A stretch of DNA of 57,956 bases from Lama guanicoe (Eukaryota): the NCBI GenBank assembly GCA_013239625.1, contig MU053792.1:1360203-1418158 (forward strand), given 5' to 3'. Numbering within the stretch: position 1 is the first letter of the stretch; each line of letters begins with the position of its first letter. A model generated the notes under the pieces. The model saw only the letters and a list, made by a program, of their open reading frames with translations, did no database searches and was not told the DNA's origin. The translations under genes and the position numbers were made by a program. Of the stretch, positions 12,740 to 24,119 are shown in pieces.

Positions 12740-12829
12740 GGGGGAGGGTATAGCTCAGTGGGAGAGAGCATTCCTAGCATGCACGAGGTCCTGGATTCAA
12801 TTCCCGGTACCGCCATTAAAAAAAAAAAA
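12740..12829 (+). mobile_element. tRNA-derived SINE (camelid Vic-1 type)
   Basis: ggggagggtatagctcagtgg (A box) ... ggattcaattccc (B box), poly-A tail; TSD aaaagctagtgt at 12720-12731 and 12826-12837. Confidence 0.9.
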
Positions 12830-13085
12830 GCTAGTGTAAAACATCTGAAGTGTGTAGATCCAAATATGATATCCATTTCTTCTTAAGTGTTTTTCTTTTG
12901 CCATCTTCCTTCATAAATATCCCGACTACGACCAAGTTTTCTTCCAGAAAATGCTTCAACCCTCTGAAATTCTTTTCTGCCACTTTAATTTATTGACGTA
13001 TTCATGAATCGAGATAGACATATATATATTTAAACTTCCCAGTGGTATGTGTTCTCATTAATGTATCTGTGACTGCATTTTGTAG

Positions 13086-13147
13086 CTGCAACTTCAACTT
13101 TAGGATTAGAAGAGAAGGAAGATGTCGAATCATCCCAGGATCCTGAG
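13086..13147 (+). CDS. ANKRD26-like: ANKRD26-like exon (ATSTLGLEEKEDVESSQDPE)
   Basis: ttgtag| ... |gtgctg; 62 nt; phase 1-0; resembles MMSALGLGQEEDIESPWDSE. Confidence 0.88.
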
Positions 13148-13929
13148 GTGCTGTCTTCTATTATTATCATTTTCAAATATAAGCATTGCGTGATGTTAAA
13201 ACATAAATGGAGGGATGTTTTGACTCCACTTTCTCACTTTTGCTTTTGCCCAGCAAAATCTTTTCCTCATTTTAACCCACGCTTAGTAAAGTCATTCCGT
13301 GCTACATGTCATACCACTGCAGAGTGCACTTCTGTTAATTTTCCAGACTCACCTAGTGAAACTGGTGTATGTCGTGCAAAAGCCAAGGCTTAGAAGTCAC
13401 AGGGAATCGGTTTGGGTTCTGAAGTTACCTTTTCTAAAAACTAAAGAAAATAATTCTTGGTCAGCCTGTGACCAGATGTTTGTTTCTTTTTTATCAATGA
13501 GTGTGTAAAATGCTTAATGAGATTCAGAGAGAAACAGGTTGTACTAAAAAAGAAAAAAAAACAAACAAACCAAAAAACGGTGTTTTTGTTTAACCACTTT
13601 GTCCTTGAAAAGACAGTGCCTGTGACTTGAAAGTACTATTATATTTGGATTTTCAAGTAGATCTGCAATGAACATTTCAGGAGAAGCAAAAGCATGGAGA
13701 ATAGTAATAAATATATGGGGTTAAAATACAAGCAGTTTGGTTTAGTGATGTTTTACTGAGGACAGCCCATTTTGGGTAGAAAATAGCAGGCACTGAGTAC
13801 CTTTATGGTGACCGGACTTGAAGGAAGCTAAGTGCAGGGTAGTGGTGACCTATTCCAAGGTGATAGCCATGGAAAGAGGGAAGAAGAGCCTGAACTCTTG
13901 GATCTCGGAAGCTCCTGCCTAGTGGCACA

Positions 13930-14135
13930 GCACTGTACTTGAAGTCAGCAGATGTAGCATCCTGGTTCTGACCCACTGTGGGATCTTGGAAAAACTTGTC
14001 TGACTTATTTGAATGTCAGTGACCTCGTTCGAAAACATGGTACTGATACCTACCTCTCAGGTTACGTGTCATGAAAAAAATGTGGTAACAAATGTGAAAA
14101 CACATTGTCAACTGTAAAGGGTGCTATAGAAATGT
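13930..14135 (+). mobile_element. MIR SINE (degenerate)
   Basis: cctggttctgacccactgtgggatcttgga...aaacatgg..ctgatacctacctctcaggtt...atgtgaaaacac; boundaries approximate. Confidence 0.55.
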
Positions 14136-14329
14136 AAGACAGAATGAGCACAGTGGCCACTAGTTACCTACTGAAATGTTGAGGCCACTTTTTTAAAATC
14201 TGAAGGACAGTAAAATGGGAAAGTTAGAGCGGGCACGGGGATTTCTCATTTGGGCTATGTTGAGTGTTGGTAGACTATTATCGGACATCTCCGATAGGTA
14301 TATAGTGCTTTGGTACTTGAAGCTCTCTG

Positions 14330-14760
14330 GGGAATTTAGATGTTTTGACCTAAAATAAATTCCTATTCCTGAACACCAGCTATGCACCAGGCAGTTAGAC
14401 ACTGAACGTAGCAGCTGAGGGGTTAGGCTGTAGTGGCAGGAACAGAAGAACAAGTAAACAGGAACCCTTTATCAGGGACAGTAAGTCCTTCATATAAGGA
14501 ACGTGGAGAGCGTTTGGTTAGACAACAGTGGGGGAGTTTGTAGTTAGCACGGGGGTGGTGTAAGGGTGGAATTTAGGTAGTTAGAAAAGAGCTGAGTGTG
14601 ACCAAAGCTGCCAGATGACGGACAGGAAGGAGCCAGTCACACGAAGGACCAGGGGAGGGATGTTCCGGACAGAGAACAGCGGGTCCCATCTGCTCATCAT
14701 GGTACTCCAGCATCTTGGAGTGGCCAGGAAGCAGCAAGTGGGTAACCGTCCTTAGAGTCA
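14330..14760 (-). mobile_element. L2 fragment (degenerate)
   Basis: gaacaccagctatgcaccaggca...gaaggagccagtca...ggggagggatgttccggacagagaacagc, antisense L2 3' text. Confidence 0.5.
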
Positions 14761-15661
14761 CTGTTGTTATTGTTGTGTGTAGAGAAGAGAGTGCATGATA
14801 AGGGCCTGGCACGTGCGGGTGGTCACTAAACAGTGTTCTTACTCTTCCCTTAGTAAAGTAAGGCTTATGGTACTTTTTTGAAGAGCTGCATAGCTACATT
14901 TAAAATTTTTCTGCTGTTTATTTAAGCATAAATGTTCTTCTTTCTACTTTGGTACTTTGTTCAACTATTTTCCCTATCAAAAAAGTTTTATCAAATAATA
15001 GTTAGATTCTGCTAAGCCTTTGTTTACTGAGATGTAGCAGTTTCCACAGTGTTCTGTTAATATTCAACATGACAGACTCCCAAGGCTTCTTTTCATGGCA
15101 CGTATGTTATTTTAATACTAAAAACAGTACCTGTCCTAAGAAACATTTTAAACTTTTAGCACATACACTTACTAGAGAATATATTTAAATATATGTATTT
15201 TTAATTTTATTTTTTAGTGAAGTGTGATCAGTTTACGATGTTAGTTTCAAGTGTACTGCAAAGCAATTCAGTTATACAGATAAAAATGTGTCTTTTTTTA
15301 AACGTCCTCTTCTGTCGAGGAATGCAAAATGGAATTAGCTGTTTTGAAATTAATTTTTCGTTGAAATCTGCATGTAAGTCAGTATTTTGTCTATGAAAAT
15401 ATTTGCTCTGGCTTTCCCTGCTCAGTTTACAGAGTCAAAAGCCAACTGAAGATAAAAGATAGACTTGCTCTAAAGAGTGTATATGAAATTTTCTATTTAA
15501 ATGTTTGGGTTTCCAGGATATGGTTATTTTGTTTTTTAAGTCTAATTGCTTTTAAAGTATGAAATTAGAAAAAATACCAATAAGGTAGGGAATGCAGGTA
15601 TTTTCTTAGAAAGGGATCAGGAAATCTTTATGCAACTCATTGTTAATACTAATTTTAACAG

Positions 15662-15755
15662 CGTACCTCCGAGATTCAACTACCGAACTGTGTTGATCAT
15701 TTATCTGGAGCTGCAGGTCTAAGAGAAAAAAATACATTAAATGGACAAATAGAAA
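15662..15755 (+). CDS. ANKRD26-like: ANKRD26-like exon (RTSEIQLPNCVDHLSGAAGLREKNTLNGQIE)
   Basis: taacag| ... |gtaagc; 94 nt; phase 0-1. Confidence 0.9.
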
Positions 15756-16577
15756 GTAAGCACTGTATTTTATAAAAAAGTCATTTGAAAGAATGTTGAT
15801 TTAAATCATGGATTTGGATCTATTCTCTCAGCCAAAGAAAATCACCTGTTGAACATATAGTGAGAAAAAAGAGGAGGAAAGGAAGTAAATTGTATATCTT
15901 ATCACGTGCCAGCAACAGATTAAACTAGAATGCTGTTTAAGGAGCTCAGTTGTTAGCTTTTTTTCAAGATGCTCTGTGACCTGAGGACAGTCAGGAAACC
16001 AGGAGGAGGGAAGGAGGGAGTGAAGAATGAGAGAGGCAGGGAGGAGGGGAGTAAATGAAGGAAAAGGAGTTGGGGGCTCCTTGGCAGGAGGTGGTAATGT
16101 AGAATACTTCTTTAGAAGAAGGAAGAGAAGAGTGTTTGAAATGAGATGGGTATGAAGTGAGCTTCTTCCAGCACCAAAACTTGTCCGGGAGGCACAGCAT
16201 AATGTTCCACTCCCCCGTCCCCCTGACCGTTAGGAAGGCAGTGAGGACTGCGGTACCTGATCACGCAGAGCTGGGTGTGCCTGCCGAGGGTGAGCACAGG
16301 CGGGTGTGGTCAGCTGTCAACGTCTGGATCTTCGTGTCATGCGGCGTGTTGCTGCCTTATAGGAAGGTGTCTCATAGGCCAACAGAGGAGTGGGAAAGAG
16401 GAAGAGGGCAGAGTGCGTTCCGGGGAGTTCAGGGGCGCTGGAGCCTGGTAAAGAGTCCCCTGAAAAGTCTGCAACCCCTGATGCAGCTTTTGGGGAAGTG
16501 TTACAGTGAGACGCATGCGGCTGTATTTCAGAAGGATCAGTTAAGTCCGAATGCTGTAGAAGCAGACTCGGTATAGA

Positions 16578-16712
16578 CCGGAGTTTCTCAAATTTAAATC
16601 AGTCACCTGGGGACCCAGTGAAAAGTGCACATTCTGAGCAGTGGGTCTGCATTTCTAACAAGCTCTCAGGTGATGCCCTTGTTGCTGGTCTTCAGATCAC
16701 GCTCAGAGGGTA
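16578..16712. mobile_element. MER5A-like DNA transposon fragment
   Basis: tttctcaaa...tcacctgggg...tgcacattctg...ctgcatttctaacaagctctcaggtgatgc...gctggtc...gatcac. Confidence 0.7.
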
Positions 16713-17298
16713 GACTTGTGTTTAGGGGAATCTGGAAGAAGAGCCGCTGGGGAGTTAAAGACACAACAGCATCAAGGAAAAGCATGATTTTGAACGTGCA
16801 TGATCTGAGCACGTTCATAGCCAGAGGGAGGCAAAGAGTTGAAGTAGAAGTTAGAGGTGTAAGATAGTGCTGCTAAGCAGAGAGGAAAAAGAAGTGGTGG
16901 GGATCATCCATCAAAAGAATAGAAAAGGGGAAGAATTAAGACCACAGACCTAGAGGTACCTTTGAAAAGGGAAGTGAAAGGAAGGAAGAAAAAAAGGCCA
17001 CAGGTAGGTGATTTTGGAATTGAGGAAAGTTGAGAGAACTCCTTTTCGATGCCATCAGTGTATTTGCACTGAAGCCAGGTTAGATCATTGCCACTCCAGA
17101 GGATACTGGAATCAGGAGGGGGCCTAGAATTGGGGTAAACCACAGCCACTCCTCCTATCAGGCTTCGAAGGTATATGTTGTATTGGTATTTGTTATTCAA
17201 GTGAGATTAACTTGAATATGAAGCATTGGTTGTGCTTTTTTTTTTTTAAGGATTCCTAATTTTTTGGTAAGATAGTTTTTTTCAAAAAAATCCTTGTG

Positions 17299-17916
17299 NN
17301 NNNNNNNNNNNNNNNNNNNNNNNNNNNNNNNNNNNNNNNNNNNNNNNNNNNNNNNNNNNNNNNNNNNNNNNNNNNNNNNNNNNNNNNNNNNNNNNNNNNN
17401 NNNNNNNNNNNNNNNNNNNNNNNNNNNNNNNNNNNNNNNNNNNNNNNNNNNNNNNNNNNNNNNNNNNNNNNNNNNNNNNNNNNNNNNNNNNNNNNNNNNN
17501 NNNNNNNNNNNNNNNNNNNNNNNNNNNNNNNNNNNNNNNNNNNNNNNNNNNNNNNNNNNNNNNNNNNNNNNNNNNNNNNNNNNNNNNNNNNNNNNNNNNN
17601 NNNNNNNNNNNNNNNNNNNNNNNNNNNNNNNNNNNNNNNNNNNNNNNNNNNNNNNNNNNNNNNNNNNNNNNNNNNNNNNNNNNNNNNNNNNNNNNNNNNN
17701 NNNNNNNNNNNNNNNNNNNNNNNNNNNNNNNNNNNNNNNNNNNNNNNNNNNNNNNNNNNNNNNNNNNNNNNNNNNNNNNNNNNNNNNNNNNNNNNNNNNN
17801 NNNNNNNNNNNNNNNNNNNNNNNNNNNNNNNNNNNNNNNNNNNNNNNNNNNNNNNNNNNNNNNNNNNNNNNNNNNNNNNNNNNNNNNNNNNNNNNNNNNN
17901 NNNNNNNNNNNNNNNN
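17299..17916. other. Assembly gap
   Basis: Run of N. Confidence 1.
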
Positions 17917-17964
17917 GCTTTCATATTTACATATAATTGATTATGTGTCCCTTTTGGCTTTTAG

Positions 17965-17993
17965 ATTCTACTGAAAAATATCCTCACTTGAAG
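17965..17993 (+). CDS. ANKRD26-like: ANKRD26-like 29-nt exon (STEKYPHLK)
   Basis: ttttag| ... |gtaaaa; phase 1-0; first of the 29/73-nt exon pair typical of the family. Confidence 0.9.
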
Positions 17994-18021
17994 GTAAAAA
18001 CTTTTATACTTTTATCTTGAA

Positions 18022-18112
18022 TTTTTTTTTTTTAATGAGGGTACTGGGAATTTAGCGTAGGACCCCATGCACTGCTAAGCAGGCACTCTAGCACTGAGCT
18101 AGACCCTCCCCC
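18022..18112 (-). mobile_element. tRNA-derived SINE (Vic-1 type) inside a 186-nt intron
   Basis: Poly-T then gaggg tactgggaa...gctaagcaggcactctagcactgagctagaccctcccc; TSD cttgaatt at 18016-18023 and 18113-18120. Confidence 0.85.
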
Positions 18113-18179
18113 CTTGAATTATTACTATAGATTTTATCAAATGTACATTATTAATTGGTTTGTTTCAAAAACCATTCAG

Positions 18180-18252
18180 CCTGCAGTTGGAGTGAAAGAT
18201 TCTGTTCCTAATAAAACAAGAGAAATGAAGAATTTACAAACATTCAAATCAG
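18180..18252 (+). CDS. ANKRD26-like: ANKRD26-like 73-nt exon (PAVGVKDSVPNKTREMKNLQTFKS)
   Basis: attcag| ... |gtaaat; phase 0-1. Confidence 0.92.
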
Positions 18253-18654
18253 GTAAATTTTGCAATACAAAGTTCACTCTGAAAAGAAGTACAGTCTTCT
18301 TATTCCTAATTCCTTTTATTTCTTCAAATTTAATTGAAAGATGACATAAATAAGGCAGATGTTATTATTGATATCCATGTTTGAAATATATATATATAAG
18401 CATAAGAAGTAGATTTTTAAAATGTCAGCTTTGACTCGGATGTTTCTGTTGATGCTGGGAGACACTAAAGTGCTCAACTTGGAGTCCCTATACTTCTCGG
18501 GGATTCTGAGAGATTATTAGGTTCTAAGATTTTTCCAGAGTTTTAAAATGCTTAATTGAATTCTGACCTTTACGTAGGGGTAAAGCTTCACTTGCTAACG
18601 TGTCAGTCATATCTCACTTTAATTAGTTCATCTAGTGCTATCACATTGATGATA

Positions 18655-18755
18655 TTTATTTCTGTATTTATTTATTAATGAAGGTCCTAGGGATTGAACC
18701 CAGAACCTTGTGCATGCTAAGCATGTGCTCTACCACTGAGCTATTTCCCTAGCCC
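18655..18755 (-). mobile_element. tRNA-derived SINE (Vic-1 type)
   Basis: gggattgaacccagaaccttgtgcatgctaagcatgtgctctaccactgagctat is the reverse complement of the SINE at 12740. Confidence 0.85.
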
Positions 18756-18880
18756 AAAGATCTTATGTCAACTGGATGTTTTGATTAGCAGTGTGTGTGT
18801 GTGTGTGGTGTGTTTGATTATTAAAAATGCTGGAAGTAATTAGTCCTACCTTAATATTTGGTAGGCACAATCTTTTAAAA

Positions 18881-19223
18881 CAATAATCCTAGAAGTTTTG
18901 GCATTTAGGATATTTTTTATACTATTAAAAATTACTGAGAATTCTGAAGAACTTTTAAGTGGGTTGTATCTATTGATGTTCAGTATATTAGAAAGTAAAA
19001 CTGAAAGATTTAAAAAACAAGCACACACACACATTCCATTAGCCGTTAGAGCTGTGATGTTATCACATGTCATGTATCTGGAAACCTCCACTGCACACTT
19101 AACAGAGAATGAGAATGAAAATAGCATTCAGTATTACTGTGAAAATAGTTTTGACCTCCTGGACTCCCTATATGGAGGGAACTTGGGGCTTCAGGGCTTC
19201 TCAGATGACACTTGAGAACTGCG
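18881..19223. mobile_element. hAT-Charlie1-related non-autonomous DNA transposon (MER119-like)
   Basis: ttaaaaattactgag...gtgggttgtatctattgat...attagaaagtaaaactga and gaaaatagttttgacctc...cacttgagaactgc termini. Confidence 0.65.
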
Positions 19224-19968
19224 GTTTTAAACAGTTCATGGATGTGAAATAAGTGGGCTTTAAAGTTCACTTCTACATTTCCTGCCTTTTTTTTTTCTTT
19301 AACTTTTCTTAAAAAGTTTGAAGCTGACAACTTAATTCTTTTTTAAAAAAGGAAAACATTTTTGTTACATATTTCCTGTCTCGTGGCACTCTACTCTTTG
19401 GACCTAGTTTGTACCTAGATTTACCCTATTTTTATATGGAAAAAATTAGTCACTCAAGGCTATCCTTCCTTATATAAATTTATGATGTTTATCCACGGCT
19501 TAAGGTAAGAATTCTGAAGATATTGGTACATTGAGGAAAGATTGTCTCATTGTAATGTAAGTAGTACCATTCAGTAAAAGTTTTCTTAAAGCCCATGTCT
19601 CTAGGACACAATACTGTCATGCATACTTAAACGTCCAGTAAATGGCTAGTTAGACATACATTTTGTTAATGAAAAAATTCACATGTTGAAGAAATAATTA
19701 TTCATAAAGCTCTTACGGAATATTGACTGTTTTATAGAGAGTGATGAGTGAATCCAAATAAGTAATACTAGAAAATTAAAAGTAGAAAGAGAGACAGTGG
19801 TTCCCTATGTGAACAGCAATGGCATGTAAAGTACAACCAGCTGGGAAGGAGCAGCGTGTTTGTGGGGAGAGGAGGACGTGGGGCGGCTGCTCTGGGAAGA
19901 GAATCCGTACAGGTTATTCAAGTTTGTGTTGTTACTCACATTCTAATAAGTGGAAACTTTGTTTTCAG

Positions 19969-20214
19969 ATCCTTCAGACTGGGATTCTACTAGTTTGAGC
20001 CCCAATAATGGGGCTGGTCAAAGAGCCAAGCTTTTGAAAGTGGATCAATGTCCGTTGGTATCACAGTCAGTGACCACCAGTCAGCAAGAACTGATGCAGA
20101 CGGCCCTAGTAGGTAAAAAACAGATGAATATTGGAGCCGTGTTTCTGTCAGAAAATGCAGCGCTCCGTGACCTGCGTCAATCACAGCTGCCAGAGAACAG
20201 AAGCAGCAAAGAAG
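19969..20214 (+). CDS. ANKRD26-like: ANKRD26/CCDC144-like exon (PSDWDSTSLSPNNG...SQLPENRSSKE)
   Basis: tttcag| ... |gtaata; 246 nt; phase 1-1; lies inside ORF 19950..20231. Confidence 0.85.
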
Positions 20215-21813
20215 GTAATAAAGCAGCATAGAGAGTTAGCCATAGTCTATCTGTGCGTGGCTTCACCATACTCCAACTTTGCAGAAATCACTTTGTGGCA
20301 GGATCTCCTTTGTGTTTACTCCTTTTATGCAACCTGCAACCAGACAAGACCTTTTAGCATGACATTTACATTCATCCTCTGACCAAAGCAGCATATTAAG
20401 TAGCAAAGAGGATTAGGAGAAAGTAAGTTCGTTCAGACTAGCATTTAGCACACTCCTGGGAGTGTGTCGGAGGCTGATGTCTAGAGCTTTGTGACTAGTT
20501 GGGAAACCTAGATGGACATCCAAAGATTCCCTTCGGAAAATATGGTTTCTTAGCTTTATTTTTATCTAGCTCTGAATTTGTATATATTAGTTATAGCTAT
20601 ATTCAGTGTAACTGAAAAAGCACCTCTGCAACTAAATATCAAAATATTTCTAGTATATTCTCTGCCTTTCTGTATTTTAGAAATGGCTTTCCCAGCAGTA
20701 GTGGCAGTCATTGGGTATTTGCTCCACAGGACCTCCTTCTTAACTGTGTCCACATAGTGTATATATCAGCTTATTTTATTACTTTTAATGGATTGATAGG
20801 TCAAAAAGGGTATTGGTTTTAAGGAGTGCTTTAACACTTAAAAATAATATATGGAATATCAATTCTAATTCTTCTAGGATACCCAGTCTGTTGATTAACC
20901 ACATCTAATATGTGTTCTACTTTATATACCAATTAATTTAGTGCCTTAATCAGTGATAGGATCAGAGCTGTAGTAATAAATCATACAATATTTTTTCTGC
21001 TCTTGTTTTATCTTTTCTTTCCTTACCTGTAGAATTAATGTCATGTTTGCAAAGGATTCTGTTATCTCCTATAGTAGTGACTCCAAGCTCTAAACTCAGT
21101 TTTTCTAATAAATAAACTGTTTATACAAAGATACTTTTAAGAGTTTGTCCTCCACAGCATAGGAGCAAAGAGGATAGACATGTAAAGAAATAGTTTACAG
21201 TTCAGCTGATGAAGACACACTAGAAAAAGCTGTGAGAGGTACCAAGGTAGCTCCGAGGTAGGAGATCCCTGTGTCTCTGTGGAAAGACGGCTGCAATCAA
21301 GGAGGACTTCACAGAGCAGCTGAGTCTTCAAAGAGGAAAAGGAACTTGTCAGAACAATAGAGGGAAACATTTCAGGTTAAGAAAAGATAAAAGCATAAAA
21401 AGTAACAGTAATTTTGGAAACCATGAATAACATTGCTATGCTCTTGAAGTATGTTGTTAAAAGGTACTGTTAGGAGGTAGAGAATAGAGTCTATTGTGAC
21501 TTTGTATATTTCTACTGTATTTTTAAATGTTGTTTTATTTCTCTTTGTTTTGTTCATGTCTGGTGAATCAATTTGTGAATAAAACTTTGAGATGTTTGTA
21601 TGCCTTTATCTGGTAACATCTAGTATTTCCCAAATAGTTTGTTGAAGTTTTAGATAATTAGAAGTATTTCTTAAAGAAGTAAATATCCAGCTAAAGATTG
21701 AGCTTAATTTAAACTGCCAATTGATGAAATGTTTTTTATGTTTTTATAAAGATGATGCCTTTTATCTAGTTGTTCTAAGCAGTGAATTTTAACTAAGTAT
21801 ATTCATTTTTCAG

Positions 21814-21887
21814 CAGACCTTGACTTACAAAACACATGTGAGGAAGAGCAAGAAAGACTCGATGGAAGTGAAAATAACCACTCACAG
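21814..21887 (+). CDS. ANKRD26-like: ANKRD26-like exon (DLDLQNTCEEEQERLDGSENNHSQ)
   Basis: tttcag| ... |gtatgt; 74 nt; phase 1-0; family DLxxxSEEEQERxxGSEN motif. Confidence 0.92.
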
Positions 21888-23027
21888 GTATGTAAAAATG
21901 TAAATTTAAATTTCTGGTTTATATTGTTTTCTGTGCTTTAATAACACAGTTATTCAAATTCAAAAGAAATTGCCTTTCAAACTAGAGTTTTAGAGTCAAT
22001 AATTACTTAATAGTTTTTAATAGCATTTTATCTAGTTACAAAACTTAAAGTATTGTTAGAATCTATAATAACTTATAGTTCAACTTTATCCTTGGAATTG
22101 AGGCAAAAAAACTTCCTGAATATTGTTTACTACTTCCATTTTTATAGCTCCCTCACATGATAAAGAAGGTAATATCAAATATTAAGTCATGTGATTAAGC
22201 AGTTGAAATTGTAAATAATACAGCAGTGATGGCCACCAAGTTAGTTTCATGTAAGGAACAGTCATTCCCAGTGGTCCAAAATTTGCAGTTTCAAATTGCA
22301 AGTCATTAATGCCAATGAAAGATTTCTTCTGTCTTGTGATCTCTATGTAATCGATTTCAGAATCTACAATCATGGAGAGAATAGGTGTCATAGAGTCAAC
22401 TCAGCTGCCTAGTAAGAGAATCAAACCTTCCAGGATTAGACATTTGCTGTTAGGGAACAAACAAAAATGTTCTAAATTATTTCATTTCAGGGTAGGAAAT
22501 CAGTAAGTATTATTAAAAATTCATTTATTCACTCTCACTAGTGAATGTTAGAGTATAATATAACTTGGATGCAGAGAATACATATTGAGTAGATCACTAT
22601 CATAGTATATCATTTGCACTTAAACTCAGGAATTTGTTCCTCTGATTGATGTTAATTGATTTTGGCACCTAATAATTTGCAGTTTTCTTATTCTCCAGTT
22701 ATTAGTCCTTTAAAAAAAAATCTTTACATGCACTGGAGGGGCTCACTATTTCAGGTATGTGAGGTGAAATATTTTTTAGTGAGGAAATCTTTGTAATGTT
22801 AAAAATCTTATCTCCTCTAATTCTTGGTAGATTTGACATGTGTGAATTGTTTAGTTCAAACAAACAGTGACAAAGTTAGGTTTCTGAGTTCCTGTTTTTC
22901 TCCTATTTCAAGTCTAAGGCAAGTTATGTTTCACGTCTTAGTTTGTGAGTAGCCAAACGTAGATTAAGAAGTTTGTTAAATTTTAGTTAGTTTTTTATTT
23001 TTCTTTATCGATACTTGACTACTAAAG

Positions 23028-24119
23028 GATACATGTGTTTTACGATCATGTACTGTGAAAGAAAAGAAATCTGGAGAGCAAATCAAGCGGATTAATCTTT
23101 CATTTGTGCATCTGCAAAAAACGCCTAGAGAACCAGAAGTGAATAAGGAAGATGACAGAAAAGATGTACCTGTATCTTTAAAACATTCTTGTGTGGAGAA
23201 GCATGAGGACATGTGGGTCAAACAAGGCAAATTAGACTGGAAAAATAATTCCAAATTTATCACAAAGAAGTCAAATCAGAAAATCAGTAAAATCCATGAA
23301 AAATGCAAAATTATTTTTCATCGTAAGGTGGAGTCACTACATGACAACTCGGAACTACATGGTGACATAAAGGAACTACCTCCCAGTGTGACAGATAATA
23401 TATTTGATTGTGAGGAAAAAGATGCACCTGGAGCCTTTGTCTCTGTAGGATCCCAGGCATTCTCTGAACACAAAGAGCCCAGTCTTGAAAATGTTTTTCC
23501 GTCTTATTCCATGTCTGAGTCAAAAGAGTATGGTTGCCAGTCATCTTCAAAACTTTATTTAAATGAAAATAAGTTATGAACATGACAAACCAGGCACTGA
23601 ACATGTTTTTAACAAAAATGAGGAGAGTTTTTATAATAGAGAAAATGAAATAAGGAACCAAGTTCCATTTACAGTGAATGAAGACCAAGAACTTGATACA
23701 AAAAGAATACAAAAAAGGAACCAAAATACTCACTGGAAATCAGACATTGGACGTGCTCCTCAGGTAAGTGACCCAAAAAGCCTTTTTGGTTTGTGGCTTG
23801 CCCGCTCCAGTGAGATGAAACACATGATTCAAATAAAAAGTCACGATATGTCTGCTGTTTCAAATACTTACAAGAACACGAAACCAATGCAAGACCAGCT
23901 CCAGAAGCCATTACTTGCAGATAACTGTGGTGCTAATAACTCTAAAATCATGGACCCTGAATTAGGAAACGTGAGTTCTTCTCCATCAAATGGTAACAGA
24001 ACATCCAAAGTATATCTAAAAGAGTTACACCAAGATATGCCAAAGGTTTAGCAATGAGGTAGGCATGTTACAAGTAGAATTCCTGGCTTTGGAAAAAGAA
24101 AATTCAGCTTCAAAAAGAG
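23028..24119 (+). pseudogene. ANKRD26-like: Frameshifted large CCDC144/ANKRD26-type exon (pseudo-exon)
   Basis: ctaaag| ... aaagag|gtagag; 1092 nt. Homology switches frame at ~23575, ~24040 and ~24100 (ORFs 23055..23579 and 23563..24051, then QRFSNEVGMLQVEFLALEKE and IQLQKE). In-frame TGA at 23577-23579. Confidence 0.85.

Noticed and set aside
12740..12815. tRNA gene (A box and B box present)
   Set aside because: It has a poly-A tail and TSD, and three more diverged copies occur in the window, so it is a SINE
16157..16576. 139-aa ORF
   Set aside because: GTG start, no recognisable domain, lies in purine-rich repeat-like intron sequence
17256..17974. Long ORFs of 130-226 aa here and at 39057-39617 and 45150-45622
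   Set aside because: Artefacts of translating N runs
23055..24051. Two separate genes (174 aa and 162 aa ORFs)
   Set aside because: They are consecutive frames of one frameshifted ANKRD26/CCDC144-type exon
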